Assembly (NCBI GenBank): GCA_038204425.1
Contig: JBBRCZ010000001.1
Span: forward strand, 1-64,000
Origin: Spirochaetia bacterium
Lineage (GTDB): Bacteria; Spirochaetota; Spirochaetia; DSM-27196; Salinispiraceae
DNA length: 64,000 nucleotides
Direction of reading: 5' to 3'
Numbering within the stretch: position 1 is the stretch's first letter; each line of letters opens with the position of its first letter. Positions 27,625 to 37,397 of this stretch are shown here, one piece after another. The notes under the pieces were generated by a model. That model was not told where the DNA came from and made no database searches. It worked only from the letters and a program-made list of their open reading frames with translations. The translations under genes were made by a program, and so were the position numbers.

Positions 27625-28548
27625 ATGCTAAAAACCAAACGCCAAGATTTGACACAGAAATCGCATCTACATGCGCGCAACAGGCATCGCGAGCGCTACG
27701 ACTTTAAACTGCTCAGTTGTACTTCTCCAGAACTAAATCACTTCGTCAAACTCAACGAATATGGCGATGAGTCAATCGACTTCTTTAATCCCTTGGCCGT
27801 AAAGGCATTAAATAAATCTTTGCTAAAACACTACTACGATATCGACTATTGGGATATACCGAACGGTTATTTATGCCCACCTATACCGGGACGCGCCGAC
27901 TACATCCATTGTGTGGCAGATGTTTTGGCTGCTAGTTCTAAGGGACAAATCCACACCGGTGCTGATCTGCGGGTATTAGATATTGGTGTAGGCGCCAACT
28001 GTGTTTATCCGATAATTGGCCACAAGGAATATGGTTGGTCTTTTGTCGGTAGCGACATTGATCCTCTGGCAATTGCTTCCGCACAAAAAATTATTAACGC
28101 AAATCCACTACTAACAAATAGTGTGGAACTGCGCCTACAAGCCAAGCCTATAAATATATTTGAAGGCATTATTCAACCAGGCGAAAAATTTGACCTGACT
28201 ATCTGTAATCCACCGTTCCATGCCTCACTCTCCGAAGCGCAGGCGAGTTCCCGTCGCAAACTGAGCAATCTGAAGCAAAAAAAGATAAACAAGCCGATTT
28301 TGAACTTTGCAGGCCAAAGTAACGAGTTGTGGTGCACGGGCGGCGAAGTAAGATTTATTAAGGATATGATTCAGCAAAGCAAGCAATTTGCAAAAAATAT
28401 CCGTTGGTTTTCTACCTTGGTTTCCAAAGGAACGTTGTTACCGCAGCTGCATGCTGAGCTAAAAGCAATAGGTGCCACTGATGCCCAAGTGATACCCATG
28501 GGCCAAGGCAACAAAATGAGTCGCGTCGTCGTCTGGACGTTTCTCTAG
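27625..28548 (+). CDS. rlmF: 23S rRNA m6A1618 methyltransferase RlmF
   Basis: LHARNRH, LCPPIPGRADY, DIGVGANCVYP, CNPPFH, ELWCTGGE, MGQGNK. Confidence 0.93.
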   Translation: MLKTKRQDLTQKSHLHARNRHRERYDFKLLSCTSPELNHFVKLNEYGDESIDFFNPLAVKALNKSLLKHYYDIDYWDIPNGYLCPPIPGRADYIHCVADVLAASSKGQIHTGADLRVLDIGVGANCVYPIIGHKEYGWSFVGSDIDPLAIASAQKIINANPLLTNSVELRLQAKPINIFEGIIQPGEKFDLTICNPPFHASLSEAQASSRRKLSNLKQKKINKPILNFAGQSNELWCTGGEVRFIKDMIQQSKQFAKNIRWFSTLVSKGTLLPQLHAELKAIGATDAQVIPMGQGNKMSRVVVWTFL

Positions 28549-28647
28549 AGCTCGGACGTTTTTCGCACTTGACAGATTCCGTGTCAGTCACAGTTTGTGA
28601 ATTGTTAGAATGTCTGATACTAGTATTTAGCAGTTTAGTGGTGTTAT

Positions 28648-29208
28648 ACGCAATTAAAGTTCAAATCATTATATATTGCGGCCATCAGCATTCTGATAGT
28701 TACATCATGTGTGACTAACAAAACTGATATTCAACCAAAAGCAAGACGAATTGCCCAGACGAATATTCACTTTGATGAGGGCTCAGGTAAAATTCATGCT
28801 GCTAACTTTCAGCCTTCGCTCTTTATACCTGCAGGATCAGAAATTGAAGTACTCGAATTTAACCCCAAACAACTTGTTTTCATTGTAAGTAGTTCAGGCA
28901 AAAAGTTCTACTATTTCAATCATAAACAAGCCGCGGGAAATTTTACTGCGCATATTCAAAAAGTATTTGCTAACACGTGGGATTCCAACAAAATTGGGTC
29001 ATTGAGTTCTATAGATCAAGAAGGCATTAGCAAAGGTAAACCATTGTTGGGGATGTCTAAAGATGGGGTGTTTTTAGCCATGGGATATCCGCCTTCTCTT
29101 GAGAATCCCGATTTGCAAGCATTTTCTTTCACATACTGGGTGAGTAGATTCAATCGTTTGAAAGTTATCTTCAATAGTAGTGATCTGGTGATCGAAATAA
29201 AAAACTAG
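28648..29208 (+). CDS. Putative lipoprotein (start uncertain: ACG at 28648; track uses GTG 28711)
   Basis: Frame open upstream of 28711 encodes (T)QLKFKSLYIAAISILIVTS-C lipoprotein signal; C-terminal GMSKDGVFLAMGYPP is SmpA/BamE-like. Confidence 0.65.
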   Translation, partial: TQLKFKSLYIAAISILIVTSCVTNKTDIQPKARRIAQTNIHFDEGSGKIHAANFQPSLFIPAGSEIEVLEFNPKQLVFIVSSSGKKFYYFNHKQAAGNFTAHIQKVFANTWDSNKIGSLSSIDQEGISKGKPLLGMSKDGVFLAMGYPPSLENPDLQAFSFTYWVSRFNRLKVIFNSSDLVIEIKN

Positions 29209-29289
29209 CGAATACGCATCACAACAAATTCCAAGGCATTTGGGCAAAAAAAAACGGAATGCCTGGACGTCGTGCGCATTCCGCCAAGG

Positions 29290-31083
29290 TCAATTAAATA
29301 CCTCACTATGAGTATCGGCACCACTTGCAGAAACTTGACTAAAAAGAGCTATTTGATAAGTCGCGGCTCGATGTAAGCTTTGGTAAAGCTTGAGACTTCG
29401 TTTGAGCACTGACTCCGCGTCCTTTGCCGCTTGTGGGCTTTGAACTTCGCCAATCACGTCTTCTACCAAAAACCCTAAGATGCGTAGATGGGGCGATTGC
29501 ACAAATTCGCGGTCCAACTGATCCAAACGATCCAATACTTGGATGTCAAGTTTGCTGCCATCAATGTCGTCATTTTCCAGTTGTTCTAGCAATGAGAAGG
29601 TCTTTTGAAGGCCTTCTTCGGTCATGGATTTGAGCGTTTTGAGTGCAGCAAATAGGTAGCTTTTAGACTGTCTAAGCTTGGCCTTTTTTTGTTCTAGGTC
29701 AAGTTGAGACTTTTGACTCCTAATGATTGCCAGTCGCTGGTCGATGGAGTCCCTGCATTGAGGAAGCAAAAGAATTTTTTCCAGTTCAGCTGGCTCAAAA
29801 CCTTCTATTTCTCTAACACCCGCACCCAGGCGCAAACAGGAAAGATTGTGGTAACGTACTTTTTGGTTTACAAACCACTGCGCAAACAAGTCCATACGTT
29901 GGTCACTTATTACCGGTATCCCCTGGCTATCGCTTCGTTTGACCGTAAATTCATTGTTGACATAGAGGTAGTGCGACTGATGAGCCGGATTTAAGCGGGT
30001 CGAGCTTTGGTGTATCAATTCTTCAAACAAGGCACCTCTAAAGTGAGTACTTCCTTTTGGATAGGAAAGATCAAGCCCAGCTGTCCAAATTTGACTACAG
30101 TTCATTATGCGGATTAGATCCCAAGCACTAGTAGCGACTGATCCTCCGGCGCCCAGTTTGCCAAGGTTTAGTCCCAGCGCATCTTCAAAAAATACACCCA
30201 GCGGAAAAATGCTGGAACAAAGCATGACGGGTCCAGCCCATTTGTGCAGGGTAGATGGATAGATGCTGGATTCGCTTACCAAGATCGAACGAGACTGCGA
30301 GCACCAATCCAAATGTCGGCTGTTCCAGTATTGGGGGTCCATACTTACAACAAAATCTGGATCAACACCGGCCCGCAAACATAACGATAAGGATGTATCT
30401 ACGGCTACTATCAGCATTCTTTTTCTAATTTCGGCCAGGTAGGGTTTTATCGCGTCCAAGCTTGGCCCCCCGGCCAGCAGAATTCCGGGAAGGTTGCCAA
30501 ACTGGCCTTCCACAGAAGCAACCGACAATACTCTGTCCATACAATCTAAATTGCGAAAAAGGTTCTTAACCCAGAGTTTTCCAAATCTCTTAAGTGTGTT
30601 GCTGTTTACTTGTGATCTTGAGACAAATAGTTCCAAGCCAAGTCTGAGTTCTTCATATTGATGGGCATATGCCAACTTGTAGGCAGGGTTGGCGAGCAGA
30701 ATTGGGCTTCGACAAGCGTTTTGAGACAGTATGGCTATCAGGTCATGACGACTTTCCGCATGTTGAATAGACCATACGAACCCCTCAGATAGCTGAGGCT
30801 GGCGGTGTAGCAGTTGCGCTTGATAGTCTTCATCGTTTGGCGCAATTACCACTACATCTCTGTCAGGATTCTGGATGGCCAACTCCTCCAAAACATAGGA
30901 AAGACCAAGCCCAAACAACACAACCAAGTCAGCGTTAGATGCAAGTTCGCTGCTACACATGCGCTGGGCTTCTTTTTTGGGATTTACAAGGCTGTTAAAG
31001 GCGTGTCCGTCTAACCAACCTAGCGTTGTGCCATCATGACGAGTAGAGAGATGATAGAGGTGCTTTTCATCTGCGTGGGGCAT
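29290..31083 (-). CDS. Motility-associated factor (Maf/DUF115) flagellin glycosyltransferase family
   Basis: WVKNLFRN, AGGPSLD, DPDFVVSMDPQ, GGSVAT, GLDLSY..HFRG. Confidence 0.85.
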   Translation of the reverse strand: MPHADEKHLYHLSTRHDGTTLGWLDGHAFNSLVNPKKEAQRMCSSELASNADLVVLFGLGLSYVLEELAIQNPDRDVVVIAPNDEDYQAQLLHRQPQLSEGFVWSIQHAESRHDLIAILSQNACRSPILLANPAYKLAYAHQYEELRLGLELFVSRSQVNSNTLKRFGKLWVKNLFRNLDCMDRVLSVASVEGQFGNLPGILLAGGPSLDAIKPYLAEIRKRMLIVAVDTSLSLCLRAGVDPDFVVSMDPQYWNSRHLDWCSQSRSILVSESSIYPSTLHKWAGPVMLCSSIFPLGVFFEDALGLNLGKLGAGGSVATSAWDLIRIMNCSQIWTAGLDLSYPKGSTHFRGALFEELIHQSSTRLNPAHQSHYLYVNNEFTVKRSDSQGIPVISDQRMDLFAQWFVNQKVRYHNLSCLRLGAGVREIEGFEPAELEKILLLPQCRDSIDQRLAIIRSQKSQLDLEQKKAKLRQSKSYLFAALKTLKSMTEEGLQKTFSLLEQLENDDIDGSKLDIQVLDRLDQLDREFVQSPHLRILGFLVEDVIGEVQSPQAAKDAESVLKRSLKLYQSLHRAATYQIALFSQVSASGADTHSEVFN

Positions 31084-32954
31084 TAAAGCTTACCATCCAA
31101 GCGCAAGCTAAGCTTCATACCCTTGGTAACTAGCGTGCCTGCTGAGGGTTCTTGAGTCTTTACGTAACCAGATCCAAGTATTTCCACAATTATGTCTTCT
31201 CGCAACAAAAGCGCACTGACGACGCTTGCTGGCAGTCCTCTAAAGTCAGGTACTTGATCTTTCATTTCTGGAAGTACCGGTATGGTAATCTTGAGTGAGC
31301 CGCCAGTTTCTACAATTTGGTCGCCTTCTCGATCAATACCAAAGTAGGGGATCAGAAATTCGGCACTTTCTTTTATGAGTGGAGCGGCGATGCGCCCACC
31401 ATAAATTTCACCTTGTGGTTTAAATATGACAATATAGACGATAATTCGTGGGCTTTCAGTTGGAAAAATTCCAAGCGAGCTGGCGATAAAGTCTTGTGAG
31501 GAGTACCTTGATGTAGCGGGGTCTATCATCTGAGCAGTTCCTGTTTTGACCGAAAGGTTAATACCCGCTACTCGGCTTCGTCGGCCAGTGCCACTATCTT
31601 CAGTTGCTGCATTCATATAATTCAGCATCAGCCGAGCAGTTTCTGGTTTCAATATGGTCCTGACAACTTCGCGCGGAAACTCCTTCAATGTTTTACCATC
31701 GGCACTCACAATACGTTTTAAGATGCGTGGTCTCAGCAGTGCGCCTTGATTTGATAAAGCTGTAGCTGCTTGAAGCATCTGGAGCACTGTTACACCCAGT
31801 TCTTGACCAAAGGCCATAGTTGGTTTAGTGCGAGGCGACCAAGCAGCCAAGGCTTTGACAAGTCCACCTTCTTCACCTGGCAAACCGACATCGGTCTTAG
31901 AGCCAAATCCCAAGTCTTGAATATCTTGCCAAAACTCTCGGTCCGATATAATTTCACTGGCCATGGCAGCTCCGACATTAGAACTGAACTTAATTATACC
32001 TTCTGGCGTAATGGTGCCATAGTCTACAAGGTCAGTAATGGGATCCCTAAAGCGCGAGTTTTTGTAGCCGCCTGAAGTAGGAAAGAGTGTTTCGTTACCG
32101 ATCTGTCCATGGTTCATGATCATTGCCAAGCTAAAGATCTTAAAGACTGAACCGGGTTCGTAAACGTAAGAAATCGCCAAATTTCGGCGTTGCTCGGCAG
32201 AGCTAGTGGTGTAAGTGTTGGGATCATAGCCAGGTCTAATTGCGGAAGCCAAAATTTCGCCATTACGTGCGTCCATAACTATAAAAGCCAATCCCTGCGG
32301 ATTATACTGTGCAACGGCTCGATCGGCCATTGATTCCATAAAATGTTGGATGGTGCTGTCGAGAGTCAACACCACCTGGTTGCCATAAGCTCTACCGTCA
32401 GCAAGTATGGTATCACGCGCATTGAGTGTTTGATCCAATAGGTATTCTAGCCCTTCCAAACCGCTGTTTTCACTACCAGTAAATCCAACAATGTGAGCGG
32501 CTCCTTGGCCCTCTGGATAGTTTCTTGCTTGATTGGGCTCCAAATAAATGCCTTCAAGTTTACCCTTACTTATAAGGTCTCGCACTTTGGAGGCCTTTTC
32601 CAAATCTAGACGTCTTTGTAGGATCACTGCACCTTGGGCGTCTTTGAGCTTCAAATAGATTGATTCTTCATCTTCTTGAATAATCTCAGATAGTAAGTGA
32701 GCGGACTCGTAGGCATCTGTGATATTGCGTCCCCAAGCAGCCAAAGTAAATACCGTAGTTTGAATAGCAAGCAATCGCCCGTTGCGGTCTACGATCGGGC
32801 CGCGTTCTTGTGCGGCTTGATTTGTCTGGTTGGCGGGTGTTTGGCCAAATAGCATGATTCCCGCATACTGAAGGATGATGACTATTGCGGCAATGCCAAG
32901 CACAATTGAAAAGATAAAGAGGCGTTTGCGAAATAGCGCTTCCATGGTAATCAT
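31083..32954 (-). CDS. Class B penicillin-binding protein (FtsI-like) with PASTA domain
   Basis: RGPIVDRNG, RNYPEG, EPGSVFK (SxxK), SSN, KTGTAQ. Confidence 0.93.
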   Translation of the reverse strand: MITMEALFRKRLFIFSIVLGIAAIVIILQYAGIMLFGQTPANQTNQAAQERGPIVDRNGRLLAIQTTVFTLAAWGRNITDAYESAHLLSEIIQEDEESIYLKLKDAQGAVILQRRLDLEKASKVRDLISKGKLEGIYLEPNQARNYPEGQGAAHIVGFTGSENSGLEGLEYLLDQTLNARDTILADGRAYGNQVVLTLDSTIQHFMESMADRAVAQYNPQGLAFIVMDARNGEILASAIRPGYDPNTYTTSSAEQRRNLAISYVYEPGSVFKIFSLAMIMNHGQIGNETLFPTSGGYKNSRFRDPITDLVDYGTITPEGIIKFSSNVGAAMASEIISDREFWQDIQDLGFGSKTDVGLPGEEGGLVKALAAWSPRTKPTMAFGQELGVTVLQMLQAATALSNQGALLRPRILKRIVSADGKTLKEFPREVVRTILKPETARLMLNYMNAATEDSGTGRRSRVAGINLSVKTGTAQMIDPATSRYSSQDFIASSLGIFPTESPRIIVYIVIFKPQGEIYGGRIAAPLIKESAEFLIPYFGIDREGDQIVETGGSLKITIPVLPEMKDQVPDFRGLPASVVSALLLREDIIVEILGSGYVKTQEPSAGTLVTKGMKLSLRLDGKL

Positions 32955-33086
32955 AAGGCATACATCTTATACCATAGAATTAGGTTTTGGTGCACCCGGC
33001 TTTGAAGCTGGGATACTATGCATTTTTCTCAAAAAGTGAATAAATTGCAGCTGTTTTGATTGGTCCGACCTGTCGATAGATATATC

Positions 33087-34304
33087 ATGGTTTCAGCAAT
33101 CAGCAACCAAAAGGTCGAACGACGAAAACTCTTTACCTCCAATAGCAAATGGGCAGAACGCAATAGTTCGGTAACCTGGCAAGGTTCCGCAGCTAGGTCT
33201 GATATTATTTTTGGAAATGGCATAGGAAGCACTGCTCGTCCTGCTAGCTTAGAGTCACTTACGAAAAAGAAAGTGTCAACAAAAGTGTGGGCCTGGCCAT
33301 GGTCCAACAAGGACCCTTGGTCGCGGATCAATGCCAGGTCCATTAGACTTAGTCCAAATCACTATCCATGGCTTATGGCTGCAGCATTGTTCACTGTTTT
33401 TTCGTTTTCAAACTTATTGACTCCTTCTTCGTTTTTGAGTGGCCTAATAAAGAGTCGCAATATTGTTTTTGCTACTGATCGCCAATTAGATACTATGCTT
33501 TTAGACTATGCTAGTCCGTTAGCAGAGGAGCAACTGGTCAAACTAGGTGATGACTTTGATCCGCGTAAACTGATGGAACTGAGCATCCAAAACTATGTAG
33601 TTGGCCCAGGTGACACGCTCGGTGGCATTGCCGAAAGGTTTAACCTCAATCTCGATACCATAATAAGCTTTAATGGAATTACCGACCCACGTCGCATTAG
33701 GCTAGGTTCAAACTACAAAATTCCCAATCGCGACGGACTTCTATACACAAGCAAAAAGGGTGACACACTAGCTGGATTGTCAAAACGATTTAACGTAACT
33801 TTGACTGCAATGTTAGATGCCAATGGATTGGAAGATACCAACATAACAGTCGGTATGGATCTGATTCTTCCGGAGGCCCGCCTTGATCCTACAGATCTAA
33901 AGTTGCTATTGGGTGAGCTCTTTGCTTGGCCCATCGGTGGTGCTAGATTTACGTCTACATTTGGCTATCGTAACGATCCGTTTACGGGCCAAAGGCGCTT
34001 GCACAACGGCGTAGATCTCGCCCGCTATCATGGCGCTTCTATTAAAGCCGCAAGCGCTGGAAGAGTAGTAGCAATTGACACGCAGATTGGCAACTATGGC
34101 AAGGTTATCATAATCCAACATCCACGCGGATTCAAAACGCTTTATGCTCACCTAGATTCGTTTCAAGTTAGATTGGGGCAGTATGTGAATCAAGGGCAAG
34201 TAATTGCTAAGATGGGAAATACCGGAAGATCTACTGGTACTCATTTACACTTTTCGGTTATAAAGAATGGGGTATTTGTCAACCCTCTAAAATACTTACC
34301 ATAG
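33087..34304 (+). CDS. LysM + M23 metallopeptidase
   Basis: Two LysM (GDTLGGIAERF, GDTLAGLSKRF), HNGVD, YAHL, STGTHLHF; start uncertain. Confidence 0.9.
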   Translation: MVSAISNQKVERRKLFTSNSKWAERNSSVTWQGSAARSDIIFGNGIGSTARPASLESLTKKKVSTKVWAWPWSNKDPWSRINARSIRLSPNHYPWLMAAALFTVFSFSNLLTPSSFLSGLIKSRNIVFATDRQLDTMLLDYASPLAEEQLVKLGDDFDPRKLMELSIQNYVVGPGDTLGGIAERFNLNLDTIISFNGITDPRRIRLGSNYKIPNRDGLLYTSKKGDTLAGLSKRFNVTLTAMLDANGLEDTNITVGMDLILPEARLDPTDLKLLLGELFAWPIGGARFTSTFGYRNDPFTGQRRLHNGVDLARYHGASIKAASAGRVVAIDTQIGNYGKVIIIQHPRGFKTLYAHLDSFQVRLGQYVNQGQVIAKMGNTGRSTGTHLHFSVIKNGVFVNPLKYLP

Positions 34305-34321
34305 TTTGTTGGAGTAGAAAA

Positions 34322-34447
34322 ATGAGAAAACTATTTCTTGTTGTGGTTTTATTGTTGGCCGTGTTCGTTTTTCTCAATGCCTACGCTTCAAGCAGCGACA
34401 CGCCGGCGCTTAGTCAGGTTCCTGCAAATTCGCTTACTGTCAACTGA
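34322..34447 (+). CDS. 41-aa putative secreted small protein
   Basis: GGAG 7 nt before ATG; MRKLFLVVVLLLAVFVFLNAYA-SSSDTPALSQVPANSLTVN; followed by a terminator. Confidence 0.6.
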   Translation: MRKLFLVVVLLLAVFVFLNAYASSSDTPALSQVPANSLTVN

Positions 34448-34466
34448 TTCCCCAGTATCACCAAGC

Positions 34467-34499
34467 AAAAAGTCAGGTCCCATGGGCCCTGACTTTTTT
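34467..34499. terminator. Bidirectional intrinsic terminator
   Basis: AAAAAGTCAGG ... CCTGACTTTTT between convergent genes. Confidence 0.8.
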
Positions 34500-34521
34500 A
34501 TCACCTTATACCCTGCGACCG

Positions 34522-37302
34522 TCACGCTCCGTGACAGTGTTTGTACTTTTTACCACTCCCACATGGACAGGGTTCGTTTCTTCCAACTTTAGGCACGTCT
34601 CTAACGACTGTAGCTGGCGCAGCGCCCGAGCTTCGCTGGGCCCGTTGAGTCGGGCTAGCTATGTTTTGGCGAGCGGGGCCACCCGAGCCAGAAAAAGTTT
34701 GCATTTGCTGGTGAACAGCATTGTTGATTCTAATATTGGGTGCATTGAGGCTTGGACTAGTTTGATTCTCAACTCGTGCTAAAAGTAGTTTGCGTGCCAA
34801 AGAAATCTTAATGTCAGCCAGCATCTCATCAAATATTTCAAAGCCTTCTAACTTGTATTCAAGCAAAGGATTTTTTTGGGCATAAGAGCGCAAGTAAACT
34901 GCTTCTCGCAAAGCTTCGAGGTTTTCGAGGTGATCCTGCCAACGGGCGTCAATGTGCCTGAGGTACTCATAGCGAAGAATCATGTTGAGGTGCTCGCTAC
35001 CAATTGCGTTGGCCTTGTCAGCAAAATCTTTTGACGCTTCAGTAAGTAGGGTAGCAAGCAATTCATTTGGCTTGAGCGTGTTCGCCTCGTCAAGTTTAAG
35101 GCGAGGAATCCAGAATAGCTTTTCCTTGATTTGTTCAAATGCCAAGTGCAAGGCGATTTTATCATCACCATTGTTTTTAAAGTACTCAGACAAGCAATCT
35201 TCTAACTCTTCTGCAACGGTTGTCATTATTCGCTTGGTTAAAGTTCCATCAGTAATTATCGCATCGCGTTGACCATAGACAAACTTTCTTTGTTCATTGA
35301 GAACATCATCAAAGTCCAATAGATGCTTACGAATGTCAAAGTTGCGTTCTTCTACTTTGCTTTGGGCTCGTTCAATCGCTCTATTGAGCAAAGGATGATT
35401 GAGTGCTTCACCACCCTTCATGCCGACTCTTGCCAACATGGACTTGAGGTTGGACGCGCCGCCGCCAAAGAGCCGCATTAAATCATCGTCGAGGCTAATG
35501 AAAAAGCACGATTTTCCAGGGTCACCTTGGCGACCAGATCTACCTCGCAGTTGGTTGTCAATACGCCGGGACTCGTGACGCTCGGTACCAATTATATAGA
35601 GCCCACCTAAATTCTTTACTTCTTCAGAGTCTTTCAGCCATTGAGGCCGTTCTTGATTGTATATTTTTTGGTAGCTGGCTTGGTCGGCATCGGTACCTGC
35701 CTTTTTTCGTGCCCGAAATTCAGGGTTTCCGCCAAGCTTTATGTCGGTACCGCGGCCCGCCATATTGGTTGCGATAGTTACCGAGCCCTTGGCGCCCGCT
35801 TCGGCAATAATCATTGCTTCTCGAGCGTGGTTCTTTGCATTGAGGACCTCATGTTTGACACCGCGGCGGGTCAATTTAGTCGACAGCCGTTCTGACTTGT
35901 CGATGCTTACCGTGCCTACCAAGACAGGTTGGCCCTTTTCGTTTACTTCAGCTATTTCTTCACAAATGGCATCAAATTTATCTTCTTCGTTTAAGTAGAT
36001 CAGGTCATCTTCGTCCTGTCGTGACACTGGTCGGTTGGTGGGGATTACTGCAACGTCCAATCCATAAATGTTGCCAAATTCTTTGGCTTCCGTTTCAGCA
36101 GTACCGGTCATGCCTGATATTTTGGTGTACATGCGAAAGAAGTTCTGAAAAGTAATAGTAGCAAGAGTTCGGTTTCTCTGAGCAACTTTGATGCTTTCTT
36201 TGGCTTCTATGGCTTGATGCAAACCATCGGAATAGCGACGTCCGTGCAAAATACGTCCGGTAAACTCATCTACAATCTGTACTTGTCCGTCTTTGACTAC
36301 ATATTCGGTGTCGCGTTTAAAAAGTTTGTGGGAGCGAATGGCTTGAGTCACCAAGTGAATGTATTCAAGATTCTCTCCATCGTAAATACTGCCAACGATG
36401 CTTTTGTTACGCTGTAAGAACTGTTCAATTCGATTGAGTCCTGCTTCGGTAAACATGACCCGTTTACCTTTTTCGTCGAGCTTATAGTCGCCTGGCTTAT
36501 CGGCCGGGTACTCCTGTGTCTCGGGATTCTTAAAATATTCTTCTGTGGCGCTGTCTTTGAGGCATTCAAGAACTAGGTTGACAATTTTGTTGGCCTCGGT
36601 GTACTTGCGTGTGTCTTCTTCGGCTGAGCCAGAAATTATCAAGGGCGTACGCGCCTCGTCAATTAAAATTGAGTCAATTTCGTCAATGATGCAGTAATAG
36701 TGCTCTTGCTGTAGCTTGTCGGCAATCTCGTAACGCATATTGTCGCGCAAGTAGTCAAAGCCAAACTCATTGTTAGTTCCGTAGGTTATGTCACAGCGAT
36801 AATGGGCTATTCGTGATTCGGGAGGCATGGTGCTAATTATCCACCCTACACTTACGCCAAGATAGTCAAAGACTGGCTTCATCCAAGCTGCATCGCGCTC
36901 GGCCAAATAGTCGTTAACGGTAATGATGTGGACGCCTTTTCCAGTAAGTGCATTTAGATAGGCTGCAGGCGTAGATGAGAGCGTCTTGCCTTCACCGGTC
37001 TTCATTTCCATGATCCGGCCTTGATGCAAGGCAATCGAGCCAAGCAACTGCACGTCATATAATCGTTCGCCCAAAGTTCTTCTGGCCGCTTCGCGTGCCA
37101 AAGCAAACGATTGAGGTATAAGGCTGTCAATCTTGGCGCCTTGCGTCAGCTCGTCACGCCATTTTTTGCCTTGTGTAACAAACTGATCTCTATCTAAAGA
37201 CATAGCCCAGGCTTCAAAGGTGTTTATCTGACCTAGAATAGGCAGAAGTTTTTTGAGGTCGGCATTGTTTTTATTGCCGAAAACCGCTTCGAATAAGTTC
37301 AT
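34522..37302 (-). CDS. secA: Preprotein translocase ATPase SecA
   Basis: [62 protein letters not shown]. Confidence 0.99.
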   Translation of the reverse strand: MNLFEAVFGNKNNADLKKLLPILGQINTFEAWAMSLDRDQFVTQGKKWRDELTQGAKIDSLIPQSFALAREAARRTLGERLYDVQLLGSIALHQGRIMEMKTGEGKTLSSTPAAYLNALTGKGVHIITVNDYLAERDAAWMKPVFDYLGVSVGWIISTMPPESRIAHYRCDITYGTNNEFGFDYLRDNMRYEIADKLQQEHYYCIIDEIDSILIDEARTPLIISGSAEEDTRKYTEANKIVNLVLECLKDSATEEYFKNPETQEYPADKPGDYKLDEKGKRVMFTEAGLNRIEQFLQRNKSIVGSIYDGENLEYIHLVTQAIRSHKLFKRDTEYVVKDGQVQIVDEFTGRILHGRRYSDGLHQAIEAKESIKVAQRNRTLATITFQNFFRMYTKISGMTGTAETEAKEFGNIYGLDVAVIPTNRPVSRQDEDDLIYLNEEDKFDAICEEIAEVNEKGQPVLVGTVSIDKSERLSTKLTRRGVKHEVLNAKNHAREAMIIAEAGAKGSVTIATNMAGRGTDIKLGGNPEFRARKKAGTDADQASYQKIYNQERPQWLKDSEEVKNLGGLYIIGTERHESRRIDNQLRGRSGRQGDPGKSCFFISLDDDLMRLFGGGASNLKSMLARVGMKGGEALNHPLLNRAIERAQSKVEERNFDIRKHLLDFDDVLNEQRKFVYGQRDAIITDGTLTKRIMTTVAEELEDCLSEYFKNNGDDKIALHLAFEQIKEKLFWIPRLKLDEANTLKPNELLATLLTEASKDFADKANAIGSEHLNMILRYEYLRHIDARWQDHLENLEALREAVYLRSYAQKNPLLEYKLEGFEIFDEMLADIKISLARKLLLARVENQTSPSLNAPNIRINNAVHQQMQTFSGSGGPARQNIASPTQRAQRSSGAAPATVVRDVPKVGRNEPCPCGSGKKYKHCHGA

Positions 37303-37308
37303 TTAACC

Positions 37309-37337
37309 AATGTATACTGGTGCTAACCTGCGGTCAA
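37309..37337 (-). promoter_or_regulatory. Sigma70 promoter placing the TSS at the secA ATG (leaderless)
   Basis: TTGACC-17-TACATT-6 nt-ATG, no SD. Confidence 0.65.
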
Positions 37338-37360
37338 GCTTGCCAGACTAAGCTGGTTGA

Positions 37361-37389
37361 TTGACATGGCCGGTTTGACCATCTACTAT
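37361..37389 (+). promoter_or_regulatory. Sigma70 promoter, near-leaderless, for the 37398 lipoprotein
   Basis: TTGACA-17-TACTAT-8 nt-ATG. Confidence 0.7.
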
Positions 37390-37397
37390 TAGCCAGA

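Noticed and set aside
34338..34592. 84-aa track ORF
   Set aside because: Runs through a terminator into secA; the 41-aa ORF at 34322 has better signals.
36505..36558. Short duplicated peptide in SecA ([18 protein letters not shown])
   Set aside because: Small insertion in a variable loop; no intein or mobile features.
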